Shown here piece by piece: positions 9,985 through 22,345 of a DNA stretch of 64,000 nucleotides. The notes under the pieces are model-generated. The model worked only from the letters and a program-made list of their open reading frames with translations. It did no database searches and was not told where the DNA came from. Source of the stretch: an uncultured bacterium (GTDB taxonomy: Bacteria > Krumholzibacteriota > Krumholzibacteriia > JACNKJ01); contig CAVOFT010000001.1 of NCBI GenBank assembly GCA_963695095.1, positions 3,168,001 to 3,232,000 on the forward strand, read 5' to 3'. Position 1 is the first letter of the stretch. Each line of letters opens with the position of its first letter. The position numbers and the translations under genes were made by a program.

Positions 9985-10862
9985 GCCTGGTCCTCCTCTG
10001 TGGTTGGCGTCAAGGCCACCAGCGCGCCGGCCACCCAGGTCGGCTCGGGCGCCTGGTAGTAGTCGCTCATGTCGTCGGCGACGATGTCGATCAGCTCCCA
10101 GCGGCAGGGCCCGAGGAGCGCGCGCAGGACCTGGCCCACGTCGCGGGCGTCGCTCTTCGTCTCCACGCAGTGCCGGTTGAAGGCGGCGTACTCGCCGCGG
10201 GCGAGCAGATCCAGGCCCTCGCCAATGCGCCGGGTGGCCAGCTCGTAGCCACCGGCTTCGGGAGCGAGGGCGCTCTCTGCATCGTCGCCGTAGCCTCGGC
10301 CGTGGTGAAACAGGTCGCCCGTGGCGACGATCACCGTGCCCGCGGCCCGCGCGCTCGCCGCCAGCTCCGCGAAACTGGGTAAGCGCTCGGGCGCGCCACC
10401 GGCGAGATAGGGATAACACTCGATGCGCTCCGGCTCCGCACAGCCACGCCGGGCGCACTCGGCCGCCAGCAGCCAGCCGAAGTGATCCAGCGAGAACTCG
10501 TCGCGCCAGTCCTCGCGCCCGGCCAGGCCCGGCCCCTGGATGCCCCAGCTCGCCTCGGTGGCGGGGTTTCCCCCGGCCGCGACGCGCTTGCGGGCAGCGT
10601 CGAGATCCTCCGTGAGCGCGTGCAGCACGCCGAGGGCGATCACCCGGCGCGCCCCCACGTCCAGCACGGCGTGCACGACGGCGGCGATCAGATGCCCGCA
10701 GATCGCGATCGAAGCGTGGGGAAAGATGAAGGCGCCGCCAGCGACCAGGGTCGGCGCGAGCGTCCAGCGCCGGCCCACCTTCAGCAGCATCGCTGCGCCA
10801 TCGGCACCCATGGTCTCACGCTGCTGCCGGCCGGCCAGCTTGAACTTCGGCATGCGAGCCAT
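9981..10862 (-). CDS. Memo/LigB-like (AmmeMemoRadiSam protein B-like) protein
   Basis: FIFPHAS...G and VIVATGDLFHHGRGYG resemble the Memo motifs PHAG and SSDxxHYG; divergent. Confidence 0.5.
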   Translation of the reverse strand: MARMPKFKLAGRQQRETMGADGAAMLLKVGRRWTLAPTLVAGGAFIFPHASIAICGHLIAAVVHAVLDVGARRVIALGVLHALTEDLDAARKRVAAGGNPATEASWGIQGPGLAGREDWRDEFSLDHFGWLLAAECARRGCAEPERIECYPYLAGGAPERLPSFAELAASARAAGTVIVATGDLFHHGRGYGDDAESALAPEAGGYELATRRIGEGLDLLARGEYAAFNRHCVETKSDARDVGQVLRALLGPCRWELIDIVADDMSDYYQAPEPTWVAGALVALTPTTEEDQA

Positions 10863-10947
10863 GGCCCCTCCGTGTCCCGGAAGGCACCAGCATACACGAG
10901 AGCGCTCGGGCGGCCAAGCCGCCCGGCGCGGGCGCTGCCGAAGGGAT

Positions 10948-12540
10948 CTAGAAGCCGGCGGCCTGGCCGTCCTTGCGCGGATCGGAGGCGGCGCAGTAGC
11001 CGTCGGCCAGGCGCAGCACTGCCTGGGCGCCGCCGAAGTCCCGCGGCGGCCGGTTGCGCACGATCAGATGCCCGCGCGCGGCCAGCGCCTCGGCGACGGC
11101 CGGCTCGATGCCTTCCTCGAGAGCGAGGCGGCCGTCGGCGAGCAGTTGCCAGCGCGGGGCATCGGTCGCCGCCTGGGGGTTCTGCCCGTAGTCGAGCACG
11201 CGCAGGAGCACCTGGAGCTGGCCCTGCGGCTGCATGGGCCCGCCCATCACGCCCAGGCTCATCAAGGGCTGGCCCTCGCTGGTGACGAAGCCGGGCATCA
11301 GGGTGTGGAAGGGTCGCTTGCCCCCGGCCACGGCATTGGGGTGCCGCGGCTTCAGCGTGAAGCCGGCGCCGCGGTTCTGCAGGGCGATGCCGGTGGCCGG
11401 CACGACGATCCCGGAGCCGAAGCCCATGTAGTTGGACTGGATGAAGGAGACCATCATGCCGCTGGCGTCCGCTGCGCTCAGCGTCACGGTGCCGCCCGGG
11501 CCGGGAATGCCCAGCTCGCGCGAGGTCGCCTTCTCGCGGTCGATCTCCTCGGCCCAGCGCTCGAGCAGGCCGTCGTCGAGCAGGCTGGCGGACTCGATGC
11601 TCATGTAGTCGGGGTCGGCGACCAGGCCGTGCAGCAGGTTGAGCGCGGACTTCATCGCCTCGACCTGCAGGTGCAGGGCCGCCGCCGAGTCCACCGGATG
11701 CCGCTGCGGCTCCAGGTGGCGCAGGATGCCCAGGGCGATCAGCGTGGCGATGCCCTGGCAATTGGGCGGCAGCGTGTGCACGCGCACGCCGTGGTAATCC
11801 ATGTGCAGGGGCTTCACCCACTCGGACTCATGGCGAGCCAGGTCCTCGGCGACCAGCGCACCGCCCCCGGCGCGCGACGCGGCCACGATGCGCCCGGCCA
11901 CCTCGCCGCGATAGAAGGCCTCGCCGCGGCTCTCGGCGATGCGGCGCAGCGTGTCGGCCTGCTCGGGACAGCGGAAGCGCTCGCCGGTCACGGGGGCGCG
12001 GCCACCGGGCAGGAAGGCGGCGGCGAACTCGGGGAACTCGCGGAAGCGTTCGGCGGCCCGCCCCCAGGCCGCGGCCGTGATCGAGGGGACGAGGAAGCCC
12101 TCGCGGGCGTAGCGCAGGGCCGGCCCGAAGAGCTGCAGAAAGGGCAGGCGCCCGAAGCGCTCGGCGAGCGCCACCCAGCAGTGCACGGCCCCCGGCACCG
12201 TGACCGCGTCCCAGCCCGTCTCGGGCATCTTCTCGCGCCCGGCGAAGCGGCTGGGGCTCCAGGCCATGGGCGAGCGACCGGAGCCGTTGATGCCGTGCAG
12301 GTGCTCGCCCGTCCAGACGAGAGCGAAGGCATCGCTGCCCAGCCCATTGGACGTGGGCTCCACCACCGTCAGGGCGATGGCGGCGGCGAGGGCCGCGTCC
12401 ACCGCGTTGCCGCCTTCCTGGAGCATCTCCAGGCCGGCCTGCACCGCGAGCGGCTGACTGGCGGCCACCACGTTGCGCGCGAACACGGGCTCCCGCCGCG
12501 AGCGGTAGGGCTGTTCCCAGGAGAGCGCGGAGGGGTCCAT
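10948..12540 (-). CDS. ggt: Gamma-glutamyltransferase family protein
   Basis: GGNAVDAALA, VVEPTSNGLGSDAF, autoprocessing site G-TVTLSAAD, QSNYMGFGSG, KRPFHTLMPG, GVMGGPMQPQG, DPRKDG. Confidence 0.93.
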   Translation of the reverse strand: MDPSALSWEQPYRSRREPVFARNVVAASQPLAVQAGLEMLQEGGNAVDAALAAAIALTVVEPTSNGLGSDAFALVWTGEHLHGINGSGRSPMAWSPSRFAGREKMPETGWDAVTVPGAVHCWVALAERFGRLPFLQLFGPALRYAREGFLVPSITAAAWGRAAERFREFPEFAAAFLPGGRAPVTGERFRCPEQADTLRRIAESRGEAFYRGEVAGRIVAASRAGGGALVAEDLARHESEWVKPLHMDYHGVRVHTLPPNCQGIATLIALGILRHLEPQRHPVDSAAALHLQVEAMKSALNLLHGLVADPDYMSIESASLLDDGLLERWAEEIDREKATSRELGIPGPGGTVTLSAADASGMMVSFIQSNYMGFGSGIVVPATGIALQNRGAGFTLKPRHPNAVAGGKRPFHTLMPGFVTSEGQPLMSLGVMGGPMQPQGQLQVLLRVLDYGQNPQAATDAPRWQLLADGRLALEEGIEPAVAEALAARGHLIVRNRPPRDFGGAQAVLRLADGYCAASDPRKDGQAAGF

Positions 12541-12659
12541 GATTACTCCCGACGGTCCTTCTCGTCAGTTTCGGATGAAGCAAGCCGCGTGCGCAACAGG
12601 AAGCCGGACGCCTGCGGACGCCCGGCTGGAGGATCCTCGCTCAGTGTCGGCGGGTCAAG

Positions 12660-15321
12660 CTAGAGACTGAGCCACTTGCTCACTTTCAGCAGGAAGACGT
12701 CGTGAGGGTGCTCGCTGAAGAGCCCGTTCAGGTCGTTGCCGTAGTCGAGGCGGCCCCGGCTGACGACGTCGCTCCGCGCCTGGCTCCAGACCAGATAGAG
12801 CAGGGAGCCGGGGCTGAATTCCCAGCGCAGGACGACGTTCGAGTTGAAGTCGCGGTAGTTGAAGTCCGGGTTGTCGATGGAGTAGTCGGCGCTGCCGTCC
12901 GTGTCCTCGTCCACCTGATAGGCGCCTTCGCTCTCATCGTAGGCGATCTCCTCGCCGCCGTAGCGGTGGAAGCGATCGCCGTAGCGCGCGGCCTGCGGAT
13001 CGGTGATGCGCTTGAAGTCCCCGTAGTGGCCGGCCGTCACGAAGGGGGAGCCGTAGACCTGCAGCGTCAGATTGGGGCTCACGGCGTAGTCCGCCCGCAG
13101 GGTGAGCGTCGACCGTCTCCTGGTCGAGATCGGCGAAGAGGTAGCGGGCCTCGCCGCCGAAGCCGTCCGTCCCCACGTACTGCAGCTCGGCCCGGTAGCG
13201 CGTGTAGCCGGGGTTCACATTGAACTGCAGCGCATTGCTCGGCTTGATGCTCAGCCCGACCCAGTACTCGCGATAGGCGCCGCTGCCCTCGTCAGCCACG
13301 TTGAAGTAGAAGCCGGCATTGGTGCTCACCCGTGAGCGGTGGTCCGAGTTGAACCAGAGGTTCAGCTCGTACTCGCCGGGCAGCCTGAAGGCCGGCCCGC
13401 CGCGCAGGGCGCTGTTGCTGATCTGTTCGCCGGAGCGCGTGTAACCCAGGCCCATCGACATGTTGTTCCGGAACTCGATGTTCGTGTTCAGGTTGGCCAT
13501 GCGGCGCAGGCGCGTGCCGCCGAAGTCGAAGTCCAGCCACTGGTTCGAATTGATGCCGAGCCGGCGCAGGGGACCGCAGGGCTGGGCCGCCCAGCCGAGC
13601 CAGGTGCTCTGGTTGATGACGTCCGCCTCGCGCTGGTAACCGAGGTCGTTGATCTCGAAGCCCGGCGAGCGCCAGCCCACCTGCGTCTCGAAGCGCCAGC
13701 CCGTGGACTTGAGGCGGCCGAAGCGCAGCGACCCCGCCTGGCCGGCCAGGTGCCGGCGATCGGGATCGTAGTACTCGTAATCGTTGTCGGGTCGCTGGAA
13801 GTAGCGCGCCGAGGAGCGCTGGGACAGGGCCATGGCCAGCGAATCGCCGCGCACATCGCTGCCGAGCAGGTTGGCGGCCACGCGCCACTCGCGGCTCCAG
13901 AGCGTGCTGTAGAAGTCGATGCCCCCCGCGTAGGCCTGCCGGTGCATGAACTCCAGGCCCGGCTCGGCCTGGCGGTTCACCGCCGTCAGCATGCCCCCGA
14001 TGCGCGTGTCGCCGCGGCGGAAGTCCCGCTGCAGGCGCCCGGCGAACCAGTTCGTGGCCGGCTCGACGGCCACGTCCCCCTCCTCGCCGGCGTAGGCCGT
14101 CCGCGCGTTTTCGCTGGCCGTCACGCTCTCGAGGATGCCCAGCGACCAGCCGCTGCCCGTCTTGCCCGTCAACTTGGCGGCGCCGAGAATGGAGCTGGCC
14201 TCGGGCATGTCGACATGCTCGGGGTAATCGCGGGTCCACCAGGGCCAGCCCGGCTGGCGGCCGATGCGCCGCGAGTAGAAGAGGATGTCGCGCGTGTTGC
14301 GCCCGCCGGCCATCGCCGGCGCCACGCGGTAGTCGAAGATGTCGTTCCCCTCGATGAAGAAGGGCCGCCGTTCCTGGAAGAAGGTTTCGAACTCGCTCAA
14401 GTTCAGCTCGGAGGGGTCGGCCTCCACCTGCCCGAAGTCCGGGTTGACCGTCAGGTCGAGCGTCAGGTTGCTGCTGACGCCGATCTTGCCATCGAGGCCG
14501 CCCGTGATCTGGCCGTCGCGGCCGTCGGTGAAGGGATTGCCTGCCTCCGCGCCGAAGCGCTCGTGCCGCGTGACCGCGTAAGGCAGGACTTCGATGCGCC
14601 GCTGCACGGGCAGTCCCACCAGTCCCCGCAGCTCGCCGAAGCGGCTCACCCAGCCCGTTTCCTCCTGGCTCTTGGGCTGCCAGAGCGAGCGCTCCTCCTC
14701 GCGAAAAACCCGCCGCTGCACCTGGATGCCCCAGGTCTGCTCGAGATGCGGCTGATAGCGGAGCTGGCTGAGGGGAATGCGCACTTCGGCCGTCCAGCCC
14801 TCGCCGTCGACGGCCGTCTTGAAGTCCCAGATCGGGTCCCAGCTGCCGTCCCAGCTGTCGCCGTCCTGGGAGATGAACTCGTCGCCGCGCACGCCCGAGA
14901 CGCTGGCCGTGAAGGAGTAGGCCGTGCGGTGGTCGTTGTAGCTGTCGATGTTGACCTCGACCCAGTCGCCGGGGAACCAGTCACGGCGGGTCAGGCGCTT
15001 CTCGATGCGCTCGGGCTCGCTGTCGAAGGCGCGGTAGGCGAGGTAGAGATAGCGGTCGTCGTAGAGAACCTTGAAGGCCGTCTGCTGGCTGGGCGGCTGG
15101 CCCTGCTCGGGCTGGTACTCCACGAAGTCGCTCGCCCACTCGACGAGGCTCCAGCAGGGGTCGTCGAGCAAGCCGTCGATCCTCGGACAACCGCTGCCGC
15201 AGTGCAGCGTCTCGTAGCTGCGGCGCGGGTAGCGGCTGGGGAGGCCGGGGTCGGCGGGCTGAGCCGCAGCCGCCTCGACGAGCAGGAGGCTGGCCGCGGC
15301 GAGCAGGAGCAGTCGGCGCAT
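12660..15321 (-). CDS. DUF5916 / CBM9-like domain outer-membrane protein (1-nt frameshift near 13111)
   Basis: Signal peptide, PRIDGLLDD, WTAEVRIPLSQLRY, TVNPDFGQVEAD, FFQERRPFFIEG, FYSRRIG. The C-terminus (NSNVVLRWEFSPGSLLYLVW...KVSKWLSL) is in ORF 12660-13082. Confidence 0.88.
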
Positions 15322-15464
15322 GTGAGACCTCTCGAGCGGGGGTGGCGGGGAAGCCGCCGGCAACTAGCGTTCAACGCGACGCCGGGTTTCAAATCGCGCC
15401 GCCGAGAGGTGAGACAACACAGGGCAAGGAAGGGTTTGGTAAAAGTTGTAGGCGGGCCTGCGGC

Positions 15465-16736
15465 TCATTTGACCAGCACCAGCTTGCTGAACTGCTCGCC
15501 CTCGTCGCCGGCCAGCCGCGCCAGGTAGATGCCCGCGGGCAGGGCGGCGCCCGCGGCATCCTTCGCCTCCCAGGCAATGGCGTGCTCGCCGGCGTCGAGC
15601 TTGCCCGCGAAGGGCGTGGCCACGCGCCGTCCGCGCAGGTCGAAGACCTCCAGGCGCAGCGCACCGGGCGCCGCGAGCGCGAAGCGCAGGGTGGTCGTGG
15701 GATTGAAGGGGTTGGGATGCGCGGACAGGCGCGCGCGCGCGGTCGGCGCCGCGTCCACGGCGGTGAGATCCGGCAGCAGCGCACGGTAGCGCGTCACCGA
15801 GCCGCCGCTCTTGAAGAGCCAGCCGCCCTGCGCGATGAGGTCGTTCACGGGATGCGCGAAGCTGGGCAAGTCGCCGGTATACGCCTGGTAGTCGGCGAAG
15901 TCCGCCGTGAGGTAGATGCTCTGGCCGTTCAGCGCACCCGAAGCGCCGAAGGCGAGCAGGTTCCCCCGGACGGCCAGGCCGTTCAGGTTGCGCGTGCCCG
16001 TGGGCAGACCCGTCACCTGCTGCCAGCTCGCGCCCCAGTCGGGGCTGCGCCACAGCGAGCCCACGCCGCCGTTGTGGTAGACGCTGAGGATCAGCTCGCC
16101 TCGAAAGACCGTGAGGGCGCAAAGGTAGGACGAACTCAGCGGGCCGGTGATCTCCGTCCAGCTCGCGCCGCCGTCCGCCGAGCGGAAGATGCCGCCCGCG
16201 TTGATCTCGTCCTCGACGCCGATGAGATAGGGCCCGGCCGGGAAGACCCGGTTGATGTCCGCGCCCGCCGGCTGCGCGATCGGCTGCCAGGTGTCGCCGA
16301 GGTCCTCGCTGCGATGCGGCGCGCCGGCCAGGCTCGCGAAGAGCGCGCCGCCCTGAGCCTGCAAGTTGAAGAGCTCGCCCGCCTGGTAGGCCAGGGGCTG
16401 CCACGCTTGCCACAGGCCGGCCAGGCGCTGGGAGCGGTAGTTGTGGTTGGCGTCGATCTGGCGGGTGACGACGAGCCAGTCCCCCGCCTGCACGAGGCCC
16501 GCCACCGGCGCGTAGGCGCTGGCCGGCAAGCCCGGCGCCGTGAGCGCCCAGCTGTCGCCGTGGTCCAGGCTGGTGTAGACGAAGCCCAGGAAGTCGCCCG
16601 CGTAGAGGGCGTCGTCGCCGGCGGCCAGCGCCTCGATGCCGCCGAACTCGCCGGGCTCGGGGACGGGGCTCCAGAGGGCCGCGGCCGGCAGTGCCGATAG
16701 CGCCAGCAGCACGAGAGCGGCAAGCAGAGTTCTCAT
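15465..16736 (-). CDS. Secreted beta-propeller (Asp-box/BNR) protein with FlgD-Ig/T9SS-like CTD
   Basis: Signal peptide; repeated SxDxGxxW boxes; HPNPFNP...GIYLARL...KLVLVK. Confidence 0.85.
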   Translation of the reverse strand: MRTLLAALVLLALSALPAAALWSPVPEPGEFGGIEALAAGDDALYAGDFLGFVYTSLDHGDSWALTAPGLPASAYAPVAGLVQAGDWLVVTRQIDANHNYRSQRLAGLWQAWQPLAYQAGELFNLQAQGGALFASLAGAPHRSEDLGDTWQPIAQPAGADINRVFPAGPYLIGVEDEINAGGIFRSADGGASWTEITGPLSSSYLCALTVFRGELILSVYHNGGVGSLWRSPDWGASWQQVTGLPTGTRNLNGLAVRGNLLAFGASGALNGQSIYLTADFADYQAYTGDLPSFAHPVNDLIAQGGWLFKSGGSVTRYRALLPDLTAVDAAPTARARLSAHPNPFNPTTTLRFALAAPGALRLEVFDLRGRRVATPFAGKLDAGEHAIAWEAKDAAGAALPAGIYLARLAGDEGEQFSKLVLVK

Positions 16737-16830
16737 TCGTGGGGCCTCCCGGTATCTGAGGCAATTCGCTCGTCCAAGCGAACAGGATACCGGAATTGTG
16801 CCAAGAAATCAAACGACAGATTTGCCGGAA

Positions 16831-17826
16831 TCAGCCGGCCTGAGCGACCATCAGATGGGCCGGTCCCGGCAGGCTCAGGCGGCGGACATCGCGGAAGCCC
16901 GCCCCCGCCAACCAGGCGCGGTAGTCGCTTTCGGCGTAGCTGTCGCCCCCGCCCGTCCCCACCAGCATGTTGATGCCGAAGAGACTGGCGAAGGCGGGCG
17001 TGCTGCGGTTCTCGTCGAGAATGAAGTCCGAGATCACGACGAGGCCGCCCGAGGCCAGGGCCGCGCGCAGGGCGGCCAGCAGGGCGGCATTGTCGGCCGG
17101 ATTCAGCATGTGGCAGATGGCGGAGACCAGGGCCAGGTCGTAGCCCTCGCCGAAGCGGCCCTCGCGCAGATCGCCGGCGCGGAAGTCCATGCGCGCGGCC
17201 AGACCCGCCGCCTCCGCATAGCCGCGGGCCAGTTCCACCACCTCGGGCAAATCGAAGAGCGTGGCGCGAGCCTCGGGCAGCGCGGCCAGAAGGGCGTGGC
17301 AGTAGGCGCCCGAGCCGCCGCCGATGTCCAGCAGGCGACGCCGTCCCGCGAGCAGGCCCTCGGCGGACAGGGCCTGCACGAGTCCCGGCGCGCGGAGCCC
17401 CGAGCCCCGGTGCATGGCGCCGATGAAGGCAGCGGTCCAGGCCGGGTCGTCGCTTCGCTGGGGGCCGGTGACGCGGGCGCCGGTGCGCACGCAGTCGGTG
17501 AGCGTGCTCCAGCGTTCCCAGAGGTTGCCCAGGTGGCGGAGCGAAGCGCGCGTGTCGGCGGCGCCGCCCGCGGCGAGGAAGTCCCGCGCGGCGGGCGTGC
17601 AGGCGAAGCGCTCGCCGTCCTTGGCGAGCAATTCCAGGCCCACCAGCGCGTTCAGCAGGCGCGCGGTCGCGCCCGCGTGGGTACCCGCCCGCTTGGCAAC
17701 CGCGGCCGCCGTGGCGCCATCGCCAAGGTGCGTGAAGAGGTCCAGCTCGATGGCCGTGAGCAGCACGCGGCTGGCCCAGAAGCCCCGGGCGATGCTGTCG
17801 ATCTCGGGCGGCAGGGGACGGCTCAT
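16831..17826 (-). CDS. SAM-dependent O-methyltransferase (dimerisation domain + Methyltransf_2)
   Basis: AIELDLFT N-terminal domain; LLDIGGGSG; FDLPEV; AGD; SAICH. Confidence 0.9.
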   Translation of the reverse strand: MSRPLPPEIDSIARGFWASRVLLTAIELDLFTHLGDGATAAAVAKRAGTHAGATARLLNALVGLELLAKDGERFACTPAARDFLAAGGAADTRASLRHLGNLWERWSTLTDCVRTGARVTGPQRSDDPAWTAAFIGAMHRGSGLRAPGLVQALSAEGLLAGRRRLLDIGGGSGAYCHALLAALPEARATLFDLPEVVELARGYAEAAGLAARMDFRAGDLREGRFGEGYDLALVSAICHMLNPADNAALLAALRAALASGGLVVISDFILDENRSTPAFASLFGINMLVGTGGGDSYAESDYRAWLAGAGFRDVRRLSLPGPAHLMVAQAG

Positions 17827-19253
17827 GCGCTTGCACCTCGCAGGCGGGTCACCACGGTTTCGCGGCCCAGGATGGCCGCGACGGCCGGCAGCTCGGGCCC
17901 ATGCGTGCGGCCGGTGAGCGCGGCGCGCACCGGCATGAAGAGTTCCTTGCCCTTCGCGCCCACCTGCTTGCCCGCGGCGCTAAGCGCCGCCTTGAACTCC
18001 TCGGCCGTCAGGTCGCCCCCGGGGGCGGCCAGCAAGTCGGCAAGGGCGGCAAACAGGGCCGTGTTGCCGAGCCAAGGCCGCGCCTCCTCGTCCGGCTCCG
18101 GCGCCGGGCCGCGCAGCGAGGCCAGCTCGCGCGGCAGGTCGGCGGCGCAGCGCAGGTGATCGATGACGGCGCGGATCTCGAGCAGGCGCCGCGCGTCGTC
18201 CTCGCCCGGCAGGAAGGCGCGCGCGGCGGGGAGCAGGGCCTCGGGCCCGGCGTGACGGATCTTGAGGCCGGCCAGCCAGTCGAGCTTGGCGGCGTCGAAG
18301 ACGGCCGCGGCCTTGTTCAGCCGCTCCAGCGAAAACGCGGCGCTGAGTTCATCCCGCGTCATCGCCTCGCGGCCGTCGCCGGGATTCCAGCCGAGCAGGG
18401 CCAGGTAGTTCACGATGGCCTCGGGCGGATAGCCCTGCGCGCGGTACTGCTCCACCGACACGGCGCCGTGGCGCTTGGACAGCTTCGTGCGGTCCTCGCC
18501 GAGGATCATCGACAGGTGCGCGAAGACGGGCGGCGCCGCGCCGAGCGCCTCGTAGAGCAGAAGCTGCCGCTGCGTGTTGGACAGGTGGTCCTCGCCGCGC
18601 AGCACATGCGTGATCGCCATGGCCGCGTCGTCCACCACGCAGGCAAAGTTGTAGACGGGCAGGCCGCTGGCGCGCATTAGGACGAAGTCGCCCAGCGTGC
18701 CGGCCTGGAAGGTGACATCGCCACGAAGCGCGTCGCGCACGGTGACCGCTCGCTCGGCCACGCGGAAGCGGATGGCGTGCGGCTCCTGCGCTGCGCGCAC
18801 GGCGGCATCGGCCGGGTCCAGCGCGGCGCAAGTGCCGTCGTAGCGGGGCGAGCGGCCCTCGGCCCGCGCCCGCTCGCGCCCATCCGCCAGACGCTCTTCG
18901 CTGCAGAAGCAGGGATAGGCCTTGCCCGCGGCCACCAGCGTCGCCGCTATCTCGCGGTAGCGCGCGAGGCGCTCGGACTGCCGGTAGGGGCCGGCGGGGC
19001 CGCCGATGTCGGGCCCCTCGTTCCAGTCCAGGCCCAGCCAGCGCAGGCTCTCCATGATGGCTCGCTCGCTGGCGGCGTTGGAGCGCTCGACGTCCGTGTC
19101 CTCGATGCGCAGGATGAAAGCCCCGCCCATGCGCCGCGCGAAGAGCCAGTTGAAGACCGCCGTGCGCGCCACGCCCATGTGCAGGCTGCTGTCGGCGCTG
19201 CCCGTGGGACTGGGCGCGAAGCGCACGCGCACCTTGCTTGCGGGGGCGCTCAT
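17823..19253 (-). CDS. gltX: Glutamate--tRNA ligase
   Basis: [41 protein letters not shown], anticodon-binding domain. Confidence 0.95.
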   Translation of the reverse strand: MSAPASKVRVRFAPSPTGSADSSLHMGVARTAVFNWLFARRMGGAFILRIEDTDVERSNAASERAIMESLRWLGLDWNEGPDIGGPAGPYRQSERLARYREIAATLVAAGKAYPCFCSEERLADGRERARAEGRSPRYDGTCAALDPADAAVRAAQEPHAIRFRVAERAVTVRDALRGDVTFQAGTLGDFVLMRASGLPVYNFACVVDDAAMAITHVLRGEDHLSNTQRQLLLYEALGAAPPVFAHLSMILGEDRTKLSKRHGAVSVEQYRAQGYPPEAIVNYLALLGWNPGDGREAMTRDELSAAFSLERLNKAAAVFDAAKLDWLAGLKIRHAGPEALLPAARAFLPGEDDARRLLEIRAVIDHLRCAADLPRELASLRGPAPEPDEEARPWLGNTALFAALADLLAAPGGDLTAEEFKAALSAAGKQVGAKGKELFMPVRAALTGRTHGPELPAVAAILGRETVVTRLRGASA

Positions 19254-20425
19254 GCCGGCAACTCCCGCACCAGCGCGATCGCCATGGCCGCCATGCCTTC
19301 GCCACGGCCGATGGCCCCCATGCGCTCGTTGGTGCTGGCCTTCACCGAGACGCGCGCGATCGGGAGCGCCAGCGACTCGGCCAGCCGCGCGCGCATGGCC
19401 TCGATGTGCGGCGCGAGCTTCGGCTGCTCGGCGATGAGCGTGGCGTCCAGCTGCCAGGGCGCGAGGCCCTCGGCCGCCAGCAACTCGCGCACGCGGGCGA
19501 GCAGGGCCAGGCTGTCGGCGGCCGCGTAGGCCGGATCCGTATCGGGAAAGTGGCGGCCGATGTCGCCCAGCGCGGCCGCGCCAAGCAGGGCGTCCATGAC
19601 GGCATGCGTGAGCACGTCGGCGTCCGAGTGGCCGGCCAGGCCGCCGACTTCGCTCGGCACCGTGACGCCGCCCAGGATCAGCGGCCGCGCGGGGTCGAAG
19701 CGATGCGAGTCGAAGCCCTGGCCCACGCGCAGGGCGGGCGCGCCGAGCAGGCGCTCGGCGGCGGCCAGGTCCTCCGCCGTGGTGATCTTGAGATTCGCGG
19801 GATCGCCCGGCACGGCGATCAGCTCCTTGCCGAGGGCGAGCAGCAGCCCGGCGTCGTCGGTGGCGTCCGTCTCGCCGCGGGCGAGCGCAGCGGCATGCGC
19901 GGCGCGCAGCAGCGGCAGCGGAAAGAGCTGGGGCGTCTGCGCGCGGCCGAGCTGCGTGCGATCCAGGCGCCCACGCACGCGGCCCTCGCTCACCTCGAGC
20001 ACGGTGTCGGGCACGGCCAGCACGGGCAAGAGGCCCGCCTGCGAGCCCGCGGCGGCGAGGCGCTCCACCCAGCCGGGGAGCGAGGCCGCCGGCGGAAAGG
20101 GGCGCGCGGCGTCGTGCACGGCCACGAAGCCATTAGTCGCCGGAATCGCGCCCAGTCCCGCGGCCACGGAGGTCTGCCGCGTGGCGCCGCCCTCGACGCG
20201 GCGCAGGCCGGCCAGCGCCGGCGGCAGGAGCGCCGCCACGCGCGCCGCCTCGCCCGCGGGATGCACCAGCACGATGCGCTCGGCGGGGACCAGCGCCGCA
20301 AAGCGCTCCAGGCAATGGAGCAGCAATGGGCGCCCCGCCAGCGGCAGGAACTGCTTGGGGGTTTCCGCACCCAGGCGGCTGCCGCTGCCGCCGGCGACGA
20401 CGATGATCCAGAGGCGATCCAGCAT
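19250..20425 (-). CDS. ispDF: Bifunctional IspD/IspF (MEP pathway)
   Basis: IspD motifs [34 protein letters not shown] fused to IspF motifs [31 protein letters not shown]. Confidence 0.96.
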   Translation of the reverse strand: MLDRLWIIVVAGGSGSRLGAETPKQFLPLAGRPLLLHCLERFAALVPAERIVLVHPAGEAARVAALLPPALAGLRRVEGGATRQTSVAAGLGAIPATNGFVAVHDAARPFPPAASLPGWVERLAAAGSQAGLLPVLAVPDTVLEVSEGRVRGRLDRTQLGRAQTPQLFPLPLLRAAHAAALARGETDATDDAGLLLALGKELIAVPGDPANLKITTAEDLAAAERLLGAPALRVGQGFDSHRFDPARPLILGGVTVPSEVGGLAGHSDADVLTHAVMDALLGAAALGDIGRHFPDTDPAYAAADSLALLARVRELLAAEGLAPWQLDATLIAEQPKLAPHIEAMRARLAESLALPIARVSVKASTNERMGAIGRGEGMAAMAIALVRELPA

Positions 20426-20431
20426 GCCGGC

Positions 20432-20468
20432 AATCTAGCACAGGGAGCTGCGCTGGGCGTGCTATAAT
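20432..20468. promoter_or_regulatory. Back-to-back extended -10 promoters for ispDF (-) and the S8 peptidase (+)
   Basis: Minus strand TGcTAGATT (20432-20440); plus strand TGcTATAAT (20460-20468). Confidence 0.6.
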
Positions 20469-20499
20469 CAGGGGCCATCACCCTCGGGAGGTCTGCCCC

Positions 20500-22257
20500 A
20501 TGAAGCGTCTCGCCGCGCTCGCCCTGTTGCTTTGCCTGCTCATCCCCGCTCTCGCCTTCGCCCTGGACACGACGACGCGGCCGGTCGGCCCCGCGCGTGC
20601 CTGGAGCGAGGCGGATCTCGCCACCTTCGACCCGGCCTGGCTGCATGTGAAGTTCGTCGAGGGCAGCGCGGTGCGGCTGGAAGCGGGCCGGCTCGTCTCC
20701 ACCCGCGGCGCGAACCTGAGCGCCGTGAACGCGCTGCTGGCCGGCGCGAGCGCGCTGCGCTCCACCTTTGACATGGATCCCGCCCGCAGCGCGGCCCTCA
20801 AGGCCGCCGGCGAGGCGGCCAGCGGCGTCACCGGCCCCGACCTCGCGCTCTGGTTCGATGTCGAAGTGGCCGGCGGCCGCGCGGCCCTGGCCGCGATGCT
20901 CAACGCGCTGAACGCCGACCCGGCCGTCGAGATCGCCCATCCGGCGCCCATCTGCGAGCCGGCTGCCATCCTCGGCGCGGCGGCGCGCGCGGGGGACCCG
21001 ACCCTGCCCCTGCCCTCGCCCGACTTCAGCGGCCAGCAGGGCTATCTCTACAACCCACCGACCGGCATGGACGCCCCCGCCGCCTGGGCCACCCCCGGCG
21101 GCCGCGGCGCCGGCATGCACTTCATCGACGTCGAGCTGGGCTGGACGCTCACCCACGAGGACTTCAACCCCGCCACCTTCTTCTTCCAGGGCGGCGCGGC
21201 CATCGACCCCGGCTACATCGACCACGGCACGGCCGTGCTGGGCGAGATCATCGGCATGCACAACGGCTACGGCGTGAACGGCTTCGCCCCCGACACGAAC
21301 TGGGGCGTGGAGGCCATCACCGTGGGCGAGTGGCCGAACGTGCCCCACCGCTTCCAGGACGCGGTGAACCACCTGAGCGCCGGCGACGTCTGGCTCATCG
21401 AGCTGCAGATGTACCCGCCCGGCCGCGACGCCACGCCGATGGAGTACGTGCAGGTGAACTACGATGTGATCTGGACGAGCTGCTGGAGCCTCGGCATCGT
21501 CTGCGTGGAAGCCGGCGCCAACGGCGCGCAGAACCTGGACAGCGCGGTCTGGGGCGGCATCTTCGACCGCAGCATCCGCGACTCGGGCGCCATCATGGTG
21601 GGCGCGGGCACGCCGACGGGCCGCGTCGCCGAGTACTTCACCAACTGGGGCACGCGCATGGACGTGCATGGCTGGGGCTCGTCGATCGTGACGACGGGCT
21701 ACGGCGACCTCTACAGCACCGGCGGACCCAACTTCTACTACACCGCGCAGTTCAGCGGCACCAGCGGCGCCTCGCCGATGATCGTGGGCTCGGGCCTCTG
21801 CCTGCAGGGGATCAGCCGCGCGCACCTGGGCACGCCGATGACGCCGGCCGCCCTGCGCGGCCTGCTCCACGACACGGGCGTGCCGCACCTGGACCCGACG
21901 AAGGAGATCGGCCCGCGGCCCGACCTGGGCGCGGCCATCGATCAGCTCCTGAACGGCACCGGGGTGGCGGAGACGGCGCTCGGCGGTCTGCGCATCACCG
22001 GCATGCCCAATCCCTTCCGCGCCGGCACGGAGCTGCGCTTCATCCAAGTGCGGCCGGGCGAGGCCCAGCTCGCGATCTACGATGCCTCGGGCCGGCTCGC
22101 GCGGCGCCTGGCCCTCGGCGAGGGCCCGGCCGGCGAGCGGCGACTGGCCTGGGACGGCCGCGATGCGGCCGGGCGCGAGCTGCCCAGCGGGGTCTACCTG
22201 TTCCATCTCGCCGCGGGCGGCGCGGAGCAGCAGGGACGACTCGTCAAGCTGCGCTAG
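20500..22257 (+). CDS. Secreted S8 subtilase with FlgD-Ig/T9SS-like CTD (paralog of 6497-9325)
   Basis: Signal peptide; FIDVELGW / DHGTAV / [14 protein letters not shown]...SGVYLFHL...LVKLR. Confidence 0.9.
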   Translation: MKRLAALALLLCLLIPALAFALDTTTRPVGPARAWSEADLATFDPAWLHVKFVEGSAVRLEAGRLVSTRGANLSAVNALLAGASALRSTFDMDPARSAALKAAGEAASGVTGPDLALWFDVEVAGGRAALAAMLNALNADPAVEIAHPAPICEPAAILGAAARAGDPTLPLPSPDFSGQQGYLYNPPTGMDAPAAWATPGGRGAGMHFIDVELGWTLTHEDFNPATFFFQGGAAIDPGYIDHGTAVLGEIIGMHNGYGVNGFAPDTNWGVEAITVGEWPNVPHRFQDAVNHLSAGDVWLIELQMYPPGRDATPMEYVQVNYDVIWTSCWSLGIVCVEAGANGAQNLDSAVWGGIFDRSIRDSGAIMVGAGTPTGRVAEYFTNWGTRMDVHGWGSSIVTTGYGDLYSTGGPNFYYTAQFSGTSGASPMIVGSGLCLQGISRAHLGTPMTPAALRGLLHDTGVPHLDPTKEIGPRPDLGAAIDQLLNGTGVAETALGGLRITGMPNPFRAGTELRFIQVRPGEAQLAIYDASGRLARRLALGEGPAGERRLAWDGRDAAGRELPSGVYLFHLAAGGAEQQGRLVKLR

Positions 22258-22345
22258 ACCCGCCCCCGGGGGCGGCTGGACTGGAAAAGGCGCGGGGGAT
22301 GTGCGAACTTATCCCCTGCGCCTTCTTCATTGCGAGGTGAAGCCC

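Noticed and set aside
12541..12659. Ribozyme or riboswitch upstream of ggt (CTGACGA and GAAA on the minus strand)
   Set aside because: The motifs are adjacent without the stems a hammerhead needs, and I recognised no aptamer consensus.
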